Assembly (NCBI GenBank): GCA_946186275.1
Contig: CAMHMO010000005.1
Span: forward strand, 5,087-69,086
DNA length: 64,000 nt
Origin: an uncultured Verrucomicrobiota bacterium
GTDB taxonomy: Bacteria; Verrucomicrobiota; Verrucomicrobiia; Opitutales; UBA9783
Reading direction: 5' to 3'
Part shown: piece by piece, positions 41,387 to 50,922 of the stretch
How the letters are laid out: every line of letters begins with the position of its first letter
How positions within the stretch are numbered: position 1 is the first letter of the stretch
Notes under the pieces: generated by a model
Seen by the model: the letters and a program-made list of their open reading frames with translations, nothing else
Database searches by the model: none
What the model was told of the DNA's origin: nothing
Translations under genes and position numbers: made by a program

Positions 41387-42160
41387 GTGGTGAAGGTTTC
41401 GGTCAAAACGGAGTCGGAGGTTGCCAAAATGCGCGAAGCGGGGCAATGTGCGGCGTTCGTTTTGGATGCGGTGAGGAAACAGGTCATTCCCGGCGTTTCG
41501 ACATGGGATTTGGATCAATTTGCCAAGAAAACGATGGATTCCGTCGGTGCCGTCAGTGCGTCTTACGGATACGGCGGCAAAAAGAATCCGTTTCCCGGTT
41601 ATATTTGTATTTCGCTGAACGAGGAAGTCGTGCACGGGATCGGGCGAAGAGATCGGGTGATTCGGGAGGGCGATTTGGTCAGTTTGGATGTGGCGCTATT
41701 TTACAACGGTTTTGCCGGGGACAACACGGTAACGGTTGCGGTCGGAACGGTTGATGGGGAGCAGGAGGCTTTGTCGAAGGTGACGGAGCAGGCATTGTAC
41801 CGCGGCATTGATCAAGCGAAAGAAGGTAATTGTGTCGGTGATATTTCGTGGGCGATCCAATCGTTCGCGGAAGCGCATCATCTGGGCGTTGTTCGGGAGT
41901 TGGTCGGGCATGGCATCGGGAAAGAGATGCACGAAGAGCCGCAGGTTCCGAACGTCGGTCGCCCGCATACGGGTGTGCATTTGAAAGCCGGCATGACGTT
42001 GGCGATCGAGCCGATGTTGACATCGGGAGCACCGCGGTTGCGTACGCTGGAAGACGGCTGGACGATCGTGACGGCAGACGGAAAACCGAGTGCGCATTTC
42101 GAACACACGGTTTTGATAACAAAAGGGGCACCTGAGATATTGACAAGGGTGAAAAATTGA
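41387..42160 (+). CDS. map: Methionine aminopeptidase (type I)
   Basis: VVHGI, GHGIG, AIEPM, HFEHT. Confidence 0.97.
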   Translation: MVKVSVKTESEVAKMREAGQCAAFVLDAVRKQVIPGVSTWDLDQFAKKTMDSVGAVSASYGYGGKKNPFPGYICISLNEEVVHGIGRRDRVIREGDLVSLDVALFYNGFAGDNTVTVAVGTVDGEQEALSKVTEQALYRGIDQAKEGNCVGDISWAIQSFAEAHHLGVVRELVGHGIGKEMHEEPQVPNVGRPHTGVHLKAGMTLAIEPMLTSGAPRLRTLEDGWTIVTADGKPSAHFEHTVLITKGAPEILTRVKN

Positions 42161-42198
42161 TACAAAGTCATTTACGTAAGGGAAGAAAAGCGGAAAAT

Positions 42199-42576
42199 AT
42201 GGCACGATTGATTGGCGTAGAGATACCGGATGGTAAAAAGTTGCTTTATGCGTTGCCGTACATTTACGGTATCGGGTTGTCACGTTCGAGGGAGATTATA
42301 GAGGCGACGGGTTTAAATCCGGACGATCGTGTGCATACGCTGAAAGAGGATGCTTTAAATAAATTGACGGAAGCGATTACGCACGCGACGTACCATGTGG
42401 AGGGCGATTTGCGCCGCGAGATTATCGGCAACATTAAGCGCCTGCAGAGTATTCGTTGTTATCGCGGTTTGCGACACATGCGCGGGTTACCGGTTCGTGG
42501 GCAGCGGACCAGTACCAATGCTCGTACGCGCAAAGGAAAACGCAAGACGGTGGGTGTGAAGAGTGCCGAGAAATAG
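42199..42576 (+). CDS. rpsM: Ribosomal protein S13
   Basis: [23 protein letters not shown]. Confidence 0.98.
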   Translation: MARLIGVEIPDGKKLLYALPYIYGIGLSRSREIIEATGLNPDDRVHTLKEDALNKLTEAITHATYHVEGDLRREIIGNIKRLQSIRCYRGLRHMRGLPVRGQRTSTNARTRKGKRKTVGVKSAEK

Positions 42577-42582
42577 TGCGGA

Positions 42583-43203
42583 ATGGATATGACGGAAGAA
42601 AAATCATCGGTTGAGAGTGTTTCTGTGGAGAAGGTGCAGGAAGGTGCGGCGGCGAGTGTTGTGAAGGAACCGTCGAAGCGTGCGAGAGCTCCGAAAGCGA
42701 AGACGGCGGATAAAAAGACGTCCGATGGAACGGTGAAATCCGAGAATAAGCAGGAGACGCCGCAGGCGGAAAAGACTGAAAAAGAGACGGCGGAGTCTCT
42801 GTTGAAAGAGGGGCTTGAGGAAAATTTAAAGATTAAGCGCGCCAAGGGAAGTAAGAATGTTACGGCGGGCGTATGCCATATTGCGGCGACCTTTAACAAT
42901 ACAAAAGTTGTTTTTTCGGACGTAAAGGGCAATGTGTTGTCGTGGTCAAGCGCCGGGCGTTGCGGTTTCAAGGGTTCGCGCAAGTCAACGGCTTACGCGG
43001 GTCAGGTGGCAACGACGGAAGCGGCAAAAGTGGCGATGGGGCACGGATTGCGCGACGTTTCCGTTGAGGTAAAAGGACCCGGGATGGGGCGCGATGCCGC
43101 CATTCGTACGTTACAAACGGTCGGTTTGTCGGTTTCCGCGATTAAGGATGTGACACCGATTCCGCACGGCGGTTGTCGTCCGAAGAAGCGGCGCAGGGTT
43201 TGA
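42583..43203 (+). CDS. rpsK: Ribosomal protein S11 with a long charged N-terminal extension
   Basis: [25 protein letters not shown]. Confidence 0.97.
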   Translation: MDMTEEKSSVESVSVEKVQEGAAASVVKEPSKRARAPKAKTADKKTSDGTVKSENKQETPQAEKTEKETAESLLKEGLEENLKIKRAKGSKNVTAGVCHIAATFNNTKVVFSDVKGNVLSWSSAGRCGFKGSRKSTAYAGQVATTEAAKVAMGHGLRDVSVEVKGPGMGRDAAIRTLQTVGLSVSAIKDVTPIPHGGCRPKKRRRV

Positions 43204-43228
43204 TTTTTTTTGTGAAAGTTTAAGGTAT

Positions 43229-43834
43229 ATGCGTTACACGGGACCTACCACTCGCATCAATCGTCGTTTTAAAACGATCCTCTTTCCCGCTACTAAGGCG
43301 TACGAACGGAAGCCTTATCTGCCCGGTATTCACGGTGCGCATTTAAGGCGCCGCGTGAGTGATTACGCGAAAGGTTTGACGGAGAAGCAGAAATTGCGCT
43401 TTATGTTCGGTTTGTCCGAGAGGCAGTTTCGTTTGACGTTTGAAAGAGCAAAGCAGGCGCGTGGTGTGACGGGTGAAACATTTTTGCGCCTCTTGGAGTT
43501 GCGTTTGGATAACATTGTTTATCGGATGGGATTGGCAAAAACCCGCCGTGCCGCCCGACAGATGGTGTTGCACGGACATGTGCGCGTGAGCGGAAAGAAG
43601 GTCAGTATTCCGAGTTATACCTGTGAGCCGTTGCAGGAAGTTTCCGCGGGCGAGAAAGCGGCTTCGCGTCAGTTGGCAACCCGCAGTCTGGAAGCCAGTC
43701 AGGGGCGCAATTGCCCTGCGTGGATGACGGTTCAGTCGGATAAGTTGAAGGGTGTTGTCAATCGTATGCCGGTACGGGAGGAGATGGTGCCGGATGTCGA
43801 TGAGCAACTGATCGTCGAGTTTTACAGTCGTTAA
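43229..43834 (+). CDS. rpsD: Ribosomal protein S4
   Basis: LELRLDNIVYR, ARQMVLHGH, LIVEFYSR. Confidence 0.97.
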   Translation: MRYTGPTTRINRRFKTILFPATKAYERKPYLPGIHGAHLRRRVSDYAKGLTEKQKLRFMFGLSERQFRLTFERAKQARGVTGETFLRLLELRLDNIVYRMGLAKTRRAARQMVLHGHVRVSGKKVSIPSYTCEPLQEVSAGEKAASRQLATRSLEASQGRNCPAWMTVQSDKLKGVVNRMPVREEMVPDVDEQLIVEFYSR

Positions 43835-43846
43835 TTTTTTATTTTC

Positions 43847-44833
43847 ATGGCTAAGAGACTGGGAAAGTTTGAGTTGCCGAAGCGGTTGGTGCGCGTGGAA
43901 GAAACCGCAACGCCGACCTTTGCGTGTTTTATTGCCGAGCCGTTCGAAAAGGGGTTTGGGCATACGATTGGTAATGCTTTGCGTCGAGTTTTGCTGAGTG
44001 CGATTGAAGGGGGTGCGATTGCGTCCGTCAAGATCGAGGGCTTCAGCCATGAATTTCAATGTTGCGACGGTGTTTTGGAAGATGCGACGGAGATTGTGTT
44101 AAATCTGAAACAGGTGCATTTGAAGATGTCTTCCCATGAACCCGTCATGCTGTATATCGACGTCAATAAAGCGGGTGCGGTGACGGCGGGAGATATCAAA
44201 GCACCTGCCGGCGTGGAGGTGGTGAACCCCGATCAGTTAATTTGTACGTTGACGAAGAAGCATCATTTTCAGGCGGAGCTGAAGGCGATGTTGGGGCGCG
44301 GTTACCGATTGGCGGAAGAGAATAAGGAAGGCGAGCAACCGTTAGGCGTGATTGCCATCGACAGTTTATTCAGCCCCGTGACGCGTGTGGGATATCGTGT
44401 GGAGGATGCACGTGTCGGTCAAATGACCGATTTTGATAAGTTGATTTTGGAAATTTCAACCGACGGGCGCATATCGCCCGAGGAGGCGCTGAAGGATGCG
44501 GTTGCGATTTTGCGTCATCATTTGGATGTGTTCGATTGCATTTCTTCCGGCGCGGTTGAGGTTGATGATAAGGCGCGCAATACGGAGGGTGAAGAAAATC
44601 GCCTGCGTAAGTTGCTCGGTATGAGCGTTAACGAGATTGAACTGTCGGTGCGTGCGATCAACTGTCTCAATAATGCGGGTATTTTGACCGTCGGCGAACT
44701 GGTGAGTAAATCGGAAGCGGAGATGTTGAAGTATCGCAATTTCGGCAAGAAATCGCTGACGGAGATCAAGAATCGCCTGGAGCAGTTGGGTCTTTCGCTC
44801 GGGATGAAGATCGACGAGAATCTGATAAATTAG
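43847..44833 (+). CDS. rpoA: RNA polymerase alpha subunit
   Basis: GHTIGNALRRVLLS, NFGKKSL. Confidence 0.98.
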   Translation: MAKRLGKFELPKRLVRVEETATPTFACFIAEPFEKGFGHTIGNALRRVLLSAIEGGAIASVKIEGFSHEFQCCDGVLEDATEIVLNLKQVHLKMSSHEPVMLYIDVNKAGAVTAGDIKAPAGVEVVNPDQLICTLTKKHHFQAELKAMLGRGYRLAEENKEGEQPLGVIAIDSLFSPVTRVGYRVEDARVGQMTDFDKLILEISTDGRISPEEALKDAVAILRHHLDVFDCISSGAVEVDDKARNTEGEENRLRKLLGMSVNEIELSVRAINCLNNAGILTVGELVSKSEAEMLKYRNFGKKSLTEIKNRLEQLGLSLGMKIDENLIN

Positions 44834-44888
44834 GTCGGGCATTATCGGTTTTTTTGGGGGGGGTTGCGGATATTTTAAAAAGGTTTTT

Positions 44889-45482
44889 ATGCGTCATTTA
44901 AAGCATCATTTTCAGTTAAGCGTCAAGCAGGAGCATCGCAAAAGTCTGATGGCGAATTTGGCTTCGCAGTTGTTTTTGCACGAGAAAATCAAAACAACCT
45001 TGATTAAAGCCAAGGCGTTGCGTCCGTTTTCCGAGCGCATTATTACGCTGGCGAAGCACGCGGCTTTGTCGGAGAAGCCCGAGCAAAAATTGCACTATCG
45101 TCGTCTGGCGATTGCGCGCATCCGTAACGAAGCCGCCGTTAAAAAGCTTTTCGACGAAACGGTTTTGCAGTTTTTAAAGCGCGACGGCGGGTACACGCGT
45201 ATCTACAAATTGATGTCGCGCGTCGGTGACGGTGCACCGATGGCGTTGATACAGTTGGTGGAAGCTCCTTCCGAAAAGCGCCGTTCGACGAAACGCTTGA
45301 AGGTTGCCAAAACAAAGGCGTTGCGGGCGGATTCGGCGGAGAGGTTCGTGGCGGAAGCGGTTGAAACAGCGGCGGTTGCAGAAGAGCAAGGCGGAGTGTT
45401 AGAGGTGTCTGTTGCGGAACAGAGTGAAGTTAAAGACGAACCATCCTCCGTTCCGTCTGACAAAAAAACACCCGGAGCGTAG
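44889..45482 (+). CDS. rplQ: Ribosomal protein L17 with an acidic C-terminal extension
   Basis: HEKIKTT, RDGGYTRI. Confidence 0.96.
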   Translation: MRHLKHHFQLSVKQEHRKSLMANLASQLFLHEKIKTTLIKAKALRPFSERIITLAKHAALSEKPEQKLHYRRLAIARIRNEAAVKKLFDETVLQFLKRDGGYTRIYKLMSRVGDGAPMALIQLVEAPSEKRRSTKRLKVAKTKALRADSAERFVAEAVETAAVAEEQGGVLEVSVAEQSEVKDEPSSVPSDKKTPGA

Positions 45483-45545
45483 GGCGGTTTTGCCTTTTTG
45501 ATTTTTGGAATTTTATCCGTCTTTCAACCGAGGCGGTCGGTTGTT

Positions 45546-46406
45546 ATGTCTATGCCGATGGATGTCGTTGCGTTTATCCGAAGTCAATGGAAATGCGAGG
45601 ATCCGTTGTGCGCGATTGATTTTCCGCAAACGCTTTGGGATGAACTGTGTGAGCGTGCCTATCGGGATTTAACGGAGCGTTTCGGTTGTCCGAAGGCGTC
45701 GAAATTTTGCATTCGTTTGGTTGGTCAGTCGGGTTCGGGAAAAACTTCGCAGTTGCTTCCCGCCGTGAAAGCCGCTTTGGAAGCGCAATTGCAGAAGTAT
45801 GTTTCACTGGCGGTTCGCGATTTTGTGCCGTATCATCCGAATTTAAGCGCTATTCGCGAACATTACGACGAGGGGCTGGTTCGGGAAAAAACGAATGCCT
45901 TCGCGCTGACGTTGCTGACATTGGTTTTGGTGCGTTGCATTCGGGCGCATTTGCCGATTTTGTTCGAAGTCACTCTATTGTCGCCCGAGTACGAGCGTTT
46001 TGCGCATCGTTGTTTGTCCGAAGAAGGGTACGGTTGCGATTATCATTGTCTGGCGATTGCCAAAGAGACTTCCGACGCTTGGATTGAAGCCCGTTGTCGC
46101 GAAACGCATCGCGTGGTTTTGAAGCGTTCATCCGATTTTTTCTTTCAAACCCTGCAATCGGCTCTCGAAAGCTTGCAGTCGGTTCGTATGCCCAATCGCG
46201 TGTTTATTTGGGACGCGTACCATACGGAACCGCAACGGACGCATTTTCCCGATGCACATTTGTGGGGAAAAATGCAAACCCTTGCGCATGCGAATGCCGA
46301 ACCGTTGGGTTTTGAAATGGCGTTGGGAGCCAAAGAGAAATTCCTTTGTAATTTTTATCGCGAACATTCGTTTGTCGTTACCGATGAACAGGCGTCGGGC
46401 GGTTAG
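45546..46406 (+). CDS. Zeta-toxin-family P-loop kinase
   Basis: Walker A GQSGSGKT, DFVPYHP segment, ILFEVTL. Confidence 0.7.
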   Translation: MSMPMDVVAFIRSQWKCEDPLCAIDFPQTLWDELCERAYRDLTERFGCPKASKFCIRLVGQSGSGKTSQLLPAVKAALEAQLQKYVSLAVRDFVPYHPNLSAIREHYDEGLVREKTNAFALTLLTLVLVRCIRAHLPILFEVTLLSPEYERFAHRCLSEEGYGCDYHCLAIAKETSDAWIEARCRETHRVVLKRSSDFFFQTLQSALESLQSVRMPNRVFIWDAYHTEPQRTHFPDAHLWGKMQTLAHANAEPLGFEMALGAKEKFLCNFYREHSFVVTDEQASGG

Positions 46407-46955
46407 ACTTTGAATCGTTCGGGGTTGCTTTTTACGGAAACGATTTCGAATTGCGTTCCATATTCATCCTGTGGAGAAGGGAAGGGGACAGGTGTTTATG
46501 CGCTCCCTCATATCCGTATGACTTTTAAAGCAACAGCGTACTTGGAAGAATGATTTTTTCGGGAAAATACGCAAAAACCGGGGAAATTTTCGAATTTATA
46601 CGGGATATTCGGGTGGGTGGGGGATGGTTTGAATTTTAAGAAGTAAGTTTTCCCTCTTTCTTAAAAAAGCGCGCAAGGTTCCGTTTTTAACGGAAGAGGA
46701 TTGTGAAAAGCACGCTGTTTTTAATTCAAAGGAAATAAGAAAACAATACATTTCCCTGTTTTTCCCATAACTCCAAACCTTTTTTAAATGCCAAAATAAA
46801 CTTTCGGCGGTTTTGTGCGTATTGCCAAAAATTATAAACACGGTACGGCGCAGTACGCGACGCATATTTTTTTTCGCCTCTTAAAACAACCGTATGTTTT
46901 TTTCTTTATTTTTATCATTGACGGAGCGAAAAAAATATCGGATCTTTGAAGTGAG

Positions 46956-47031
<76 letters not shown>

Positions 47032-47039
47032 TTTTGGGG

Positions 47040-47420
47040 ATGGGGACGCTTTCGGAACGTTTTGAGAAGCGGGTCGATGAGATTTTGGCGCAATATCCCG
47101 ATTATCGCCGCGGTATTTATCGGCATGTTTTTCGTTCGCTCGAAAAGGCGGGGCGGCGTGTGTCGGCGGGAGCGGTTCGTTGTGTTTCGGTGACGGATTT
47201 GGTGAAGGACGGGTTGGTGCCGCTTGCCGTGGAGAATTGGGGGATTTTGGCGCCTGCGGTGTTTCGGTTTTGGGGCATCGAAACAGGGGCGGATTTAAGG
47301 AAGGTTTTGGAACGTTTGGTTCGGTTTAAGGTGTTCAAACAGGATGCCGACGAACGGTTGGAAGCGTTGGATGCGATCGATTTGAAGGAAATTTTTCTCG
47401 AACGATTGAAAAATCGGTAA
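47040..47420 (+). CDS. Minf_1886-like (Planctomycetes/Verrucomicrobia conserved) protein
   Basis: Y...Y..VF..L...VS..DL...WGI.A..V...WGI...DL..V...L pattern. Confidence 0.6.
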   Translation: MGTLSERFEKRVDEILAQYPDYRRGIYRHVFRSLEKAGRRVSAGAVRCVSVTDLVKDGLVPLAVENWGILAPAVFRFWGIETGADLRKVLERLVRFKVFKQDADERLEALDAIDLKEIFLERLKNR

Positions 47421-47484
47421 TTTTTTTACTTTTTTTATTGACAGCCTTTTTTTTAAGCTTCCGACTGAAAGAAAGGTCTGTGTT

Positions 47485-48645
47485 ATGAACCTGAAACAAA
47501 TCAAAATGAAGATCCTAAAGGGGGCGTCGTATGGTGCGGCGTTGTTTTTGGGCGGGTGCGGTACGATGGGGAGCGGTCCGAAAAAATTTTTGGATCAACA
47601 GCCTAAGTATGATGATGCGGTGGTCGGAAACGAGGAGCGTCAATTGTTGAAGAATTTGGTGCGTCTGCGTTATTGCGATAACATTGCGTCTTTGGATATT
47701 GCATCTTTGAACTATTCGGGTTCGGGTTGTACAAGCGGGAGCGTCAATCTCGGCGATGGTTTTTTATCGGATCTCAGTCATATCGACAAGAAAATCGGAG
47801 CTTCTTTAGCAATCAATCCCGGTAGCAATCCTTCGGTAAATTTGACACCGCCGTCCGGTGGAAATTATATCAAGAAGTATATGACGCCCATTAAGTTTTC
47901 GGCAGTTTCGGCTCTCGTTCAGGGCGGATGGAGCGTCGATCGCGTTTTTAACCTTTGCGTTGAGCGTGTCAACGATCTGTACAACGCAACCGAAGCGGAC
48001 GGACCGACTCCGAAAAAGATGCCGAGCTATAAGCCGTTCCAGGCGTTCACGAGTATTTTGGATGAAGCGGATACCAACCGTTTGTTGGAATTCGGAACGA
48101 AGCCGGGTAAAAATTTTTCGGGTATGTACTTATACCTGAATGAGCCGAAGCTGAACGATCGGATTCGTCATGCGTCGGTTGAGGCGATGCCCTATTACAA
48201 CGGTTTAAAAGCGAGAATTCGTGAACTGAAGCAGTTGGCGGGGTTGTCGCAGGATACATCCTTGTTCAGTCTGGATGAGGATTTTGTTTCCGATATGGAT
48301 CCGGCTTCACTTGTTATTCAGTGCCGTTCATTGTTGGGTGTGATGTTCTACCTGTCGCAGAATGTGGACGTACCGCAGGAACATAAAGATAAGGGACTGG
48401 TTGGCGTTACCCTGGATGCTGCCGGTGAAGAATTTGACTGGAGCGAAGTTTGTAAGTACTTCTCTGTACAGTGTTCGAAATATCGTCCGAAAAACGCGTA
48501 TGTGTCCTGTTATTATCGCGGACAGTGGTTTTACATTGCCGATGATGATCGGGATTCGAAGATGACCCTTATGCTGGTGATGCAGTTGTGCAAATTGCAG
48601 TCTTCCGACTATCAATCAAATACGCCGCTGTTGCTGTTGAACTGA
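47485..48645 (+). CDS. Conserved hypothetical lipoprotein
   Basis: Lipobox LGGC at residue 25; GP...Y..A...QLL.NLVRLRY and YRGQWFYIADDD.SK motifs. Confidence 0.75.
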   Translation: MNLKQIKMKILKGASYGAALFLGGCGTMGSGPKKFLDQQPKYDDAVVGNEERQLLKNLVRLRYCDNIASLDIASLNYSGSGCTSGSVNLGDGFLSDLSHIDKKIGASLAINPGSNPSVNLTPPSGGNYIKKYMTPIKFSAVSALVQGGWSVDRVFNLCVERVNDLYNATEADGPTPKKMPSYKPFQAFTSILDEADTNRLLEFGTKPGKNFSGMYLYLNEPKLNDRIRHASVEAMPYYNGLKARIRELKQLAGLSQDTSLFSLDEDFVSDMDPASLVIQCRSLLGVMFYLSQNVDVPQEHKDKGLVGVTLDAAGEEFDWSEVCKYFSVQCSKYRPKNAYVSCYYRGQWFYIADDDRDSKMTLMLVMQLCKLQSSDYQSNTPLLLLN

Positions 48646-48667
48646 TTGATATTTTGGTTCCATACAT

Positions 48668-48703
48668 AAATGCCGAGCGCTCGAAAGGGCGTTCGGTATT
48701 TTT
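48668..48703 (+). terminator. Intrinsic terminator
   Basis: AATGCCGAGCGCTC-GAAA-GGGCGTTCGGTATT followed by a T run. Confidence 0.8.
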
Positions 48704-48838
48704 GTTTTCGGAGGGAAAATGTTTTGTGAGATGTTTTTAAGGATATCAATGAAGGTTTTACCGGTGAATTTTTGGAGAGAATCACCTAAAAATAGGATTT
48801 GTCGAGAAATTTTTTAAACTTCCGAAGGGGTGGTTTTG

Positions 48839-49726
48839 TTAAATTTCCGAATGTCTGGCGATAAATTGACGAATCAGCGGTAAAATTTCTTCCTTTGCGT
48901 CTTCCAAAACGTAGTGTCCGGCATCCGGAAATTGATAACTTTCCGCTTTTGGGAAGTATTGTTGCCAGACGGATAAAAATTCCGGCGTGAAGCAAAAATC
49001 CCGCATTCCCCAGGCAAGCAGGCAGGGTTTGCCTTCCAGCAGCCACAGGTGCTCCTGAATGTTTTTTAAAACCTCATAGCTCGGGTGCGATGGTTCCATG
49101 GGAATATCTTGCACAAAACGATCGATGGCGATGCGATGTTGCGGGCTGTCATACGGATAAAGATAGCCGGCTTTTACGTCGGGCGATAAAGGCGTTTGTA
49201 CCGCCATGAACGTTGCGGCTTTTGCAAAAACGTTCCAGTGCCGTATTGCCCATGAACCGATTTTGGTGCGGCAGAGCGCAATTCGAAGCGGCATGCGTTG
49301 CGATAAGAATGCGGCGGAATTTAAAACCGTTATCGATCGGACACTTGCCGGCCAGCGTGTCGCGACCCCCATGCCGATCGCACCGCCCCAATCGTGTACA
49401 ATAAGATGAAAATGACCGATGTTGATACCTTTCAACCACTGCAGGGTATTATCGATGTGTTGTTGCAGACAATAATTATACGACTGCGGTTTATCCGATA
49501 ATCCGCAACCGATGTGATCGGACACCAGACAGCGATAATCGGACTTTAAATGAAGCACCAAATTCCGATAGTAAAAGGACCACGTCGGGTTTCCGTGCAA
49601 CATTACAACCGCTTCGCCTCTCCCTTCATCGATGTAATGCATTCGAGGGGATTTTTGTTCGTTTAAAGTAAAAAAGTGCGACTTAAACGGGTACAGACGG
49701 GCAATGTTTTGGGGGAGAACCTCCAT
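48839..49726 (-). CDS. Alpha/beta hydrolase of the haloalkane dehalogenase/OleB type
   Basis: YPF..H...MHYIDEG, HGNPTWSFYYR, DHIGCGLSDKP, HDWGG nucleophile elbow, AGHYVLED. Start placed at ATG 49726. Confidence 0.85.
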   Translation of the reverse strand: MEVLPQNIARLYPFKSHFFTLNEQKSPRMHYIDEGRGEAVVMLHGNPTWSFYYRNLVLHLKSDYRCLVSDHIGCGLSDKPQSYNYCLQQHIDNTLQWLKGINIGHFHLIVHDWGGAIGMGVATRWPASVRSITVLNSAAFLSQRMPLRIALCRTKIGSWAIRHWNVFAKAATFMAVQTPLSPDVKAGYLYPYDSPQHRIAIDRFVQDIPMEPSHPSYEVLKNIQEHLWLLEGKPCLLAWGMRDFCFTPEFLSVWQQYFPKAESYQFPDAGHYVLEDAKEEILPLIRQFIARHSEI

Positions 49727-49938
49727 AGCATTTATTCTAGGGACATGATTTGAAAAGTAAAATAAAAGGAGAGTGAAAACGTACCGCGACATCCCGTCGT
49801 TTTTTTTATTGCTCCCTGAAGGGCATCGAAACATTCATTCCGGAAATCTTTTATTGCGTCGATTTAAAAAAAAGCGTGCTGAAGCAACTGTTTTTACTTT
49901 TTCTTAAATTTTCCCGGAACCATTCCTCCTCAAAAAAC

Positions 49939-49975
49939 TTGACATTCCTTTCTTCCTTTCTTTCTTTTTTTCCAT
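49939..49975 (+). promoter_or_regulatory. Promoter region homologous to that of OMP paralog 1, with a pyrimidine-repeat spacer
   Basis: AAAAAAC-TTGACA, then TTCCTTTC x2, TTTC and a T run; no good -10 at a 17-bp spacing. Confidence 0.35.
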
Positions 49976-49981
49976 GAAAGT

Positions 49982-50734
49982 ATGAAGAGGAGATGTACAT
50001 GTTTCACAAGCTCAATGTGCGTTGTTGGGATGCTGTCGGGTGTGTCGTTGGGAGCGACGAGTAGTTTAGAGGTTGACTATGGACGGGAGTGGAGCCCATA
50101 CGTGACATTGCGCGGCGGGTGGCTGTTTGGAGAATATAAAATGCGTGATCATTACGATATCGGTGATTGGAATTGGAAAAGAAGCACCGAAAGCGGTTGG
50201 TTGTATTCGGCGGAAGCAGGTATAGCCTGTTTTGAAGATCGCGTATTTTTAGGGTTGGAACTGGGAAGTTTCGGAGAAAAAGTTCACGATAATCTTCGAT
50301 GTAATTCGCCGGAGGTTTTCCTGGTGGTACGGGTGGACGAGATTTCGGCGGACGGCAAAATTAAGCATTCTTTCAGTGCCTGTAACTTTACGTTTAAACA
50401 GGACATCGGTGAGCGCGCTTTCCTGTACAGCGGCGTCGGTGTCGGGATTGTACGCGCGGTTGCGGATTGGCATTTCCGTGAAACCGGTATAGACATAGGC
50501 ACTGGTGATGAGTGGAACGACGTGCATTCCGAGCATGATGCCAAATGGGGGGGGGGCGGTCAGGCGTTTGGCGGGCTCGGTTGGTATTTGAATGACAACT
50601 GGTCTTTGAGTGTCGGCTATCGTTTGCGTTATGTACCCGGCGATTTTCGTTTCCTTGATGCCGACGGCTGTGGTTTGTCGGTGAAATCAAACTGTTTGCA
50701 TGCTGCAGAGGTGGGACTGACGTATAGGTTTTAG
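49982..50734 (+). CDS. Outer-membrane beta-barrel protein, paralog 2
   Basis: Shares EVDYGREW.PYVT.RGGWLFG, VGYRLRYVPG and HAAEVGLTYRF with 12954-13733. Confidence 0.85.
   Translation: MKRRCTCFTSSMCVVGMLSGVSLGATSSLEVDYGREWSPYVTLRGGWLFGEYKMRDHYDIGDWNWKRSTESGWLYSAEAGIACFEDRVFLGLELGSFGEKVHDNLRCNSPEVFLVVRVDEISADGKIKHSFSACNFTFKQDIGERAFLYSGVGVGIVRAVADWHFRETGIDIGTGDEWNDVHSEHDAKWGGGGQAFGGLGWYLNDNWSLSVGYRLRYVPGDFRFLDADGCGLSVKSNCLHAAEVGLTYRF
50547..50556 (+). repeat. G10 homopolymer inside the OMP paralog 2 CDS
   Basis: AAAT-GGGGGGGGGG-CGGT, read directly. Confidence 0.95.
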
Positions 50735-50922
50735 AGCCATCCCATTACGGGATTTATAATGCGAGGAGCGGGTACCGAGAGGTGCTGGCACTTGGCTCAC
50801 TCGGTCTTCCTTGTTTTTCTTTCTTGTAAAATCTATGTGTACACAAATGTGCCCGGCTCAAGGGAGCACATTGTGACAGTTTTTAACCAACCGTCATCTG
50901 CGTGCTAAAACAGGGGCAAATT

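Noticed and set aside
44849-44863. T7G8 tract between rpoA and rplQ as a phase-variation site
   Set aside because: Intergenic within an essential operon and not placed in a recognisable promoter spacer.
42583-45482. Long charged extensions on S11 and L17
   Set aside because: Such extensions are common in several bacterial lineages and are not distinctive by themselves.
15400-45500. Many long antisense or alternate-frame ORFs over ribosomal, rpo and fus genes
   Set aside because: They are shadows of highly conserved genes with biased codon use and carry no independent motifs.
50735-50922. Hairpins (50774-50805, 50843-50874), TGTGTACACA palindrome and a CCCTTGAGCCG motif suggesting 6S or SRP RNA
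   Set aside because: No long closing stem or partner strand for 6S and no SRP loop motif; more likely terminator-type structure between convergent genes.
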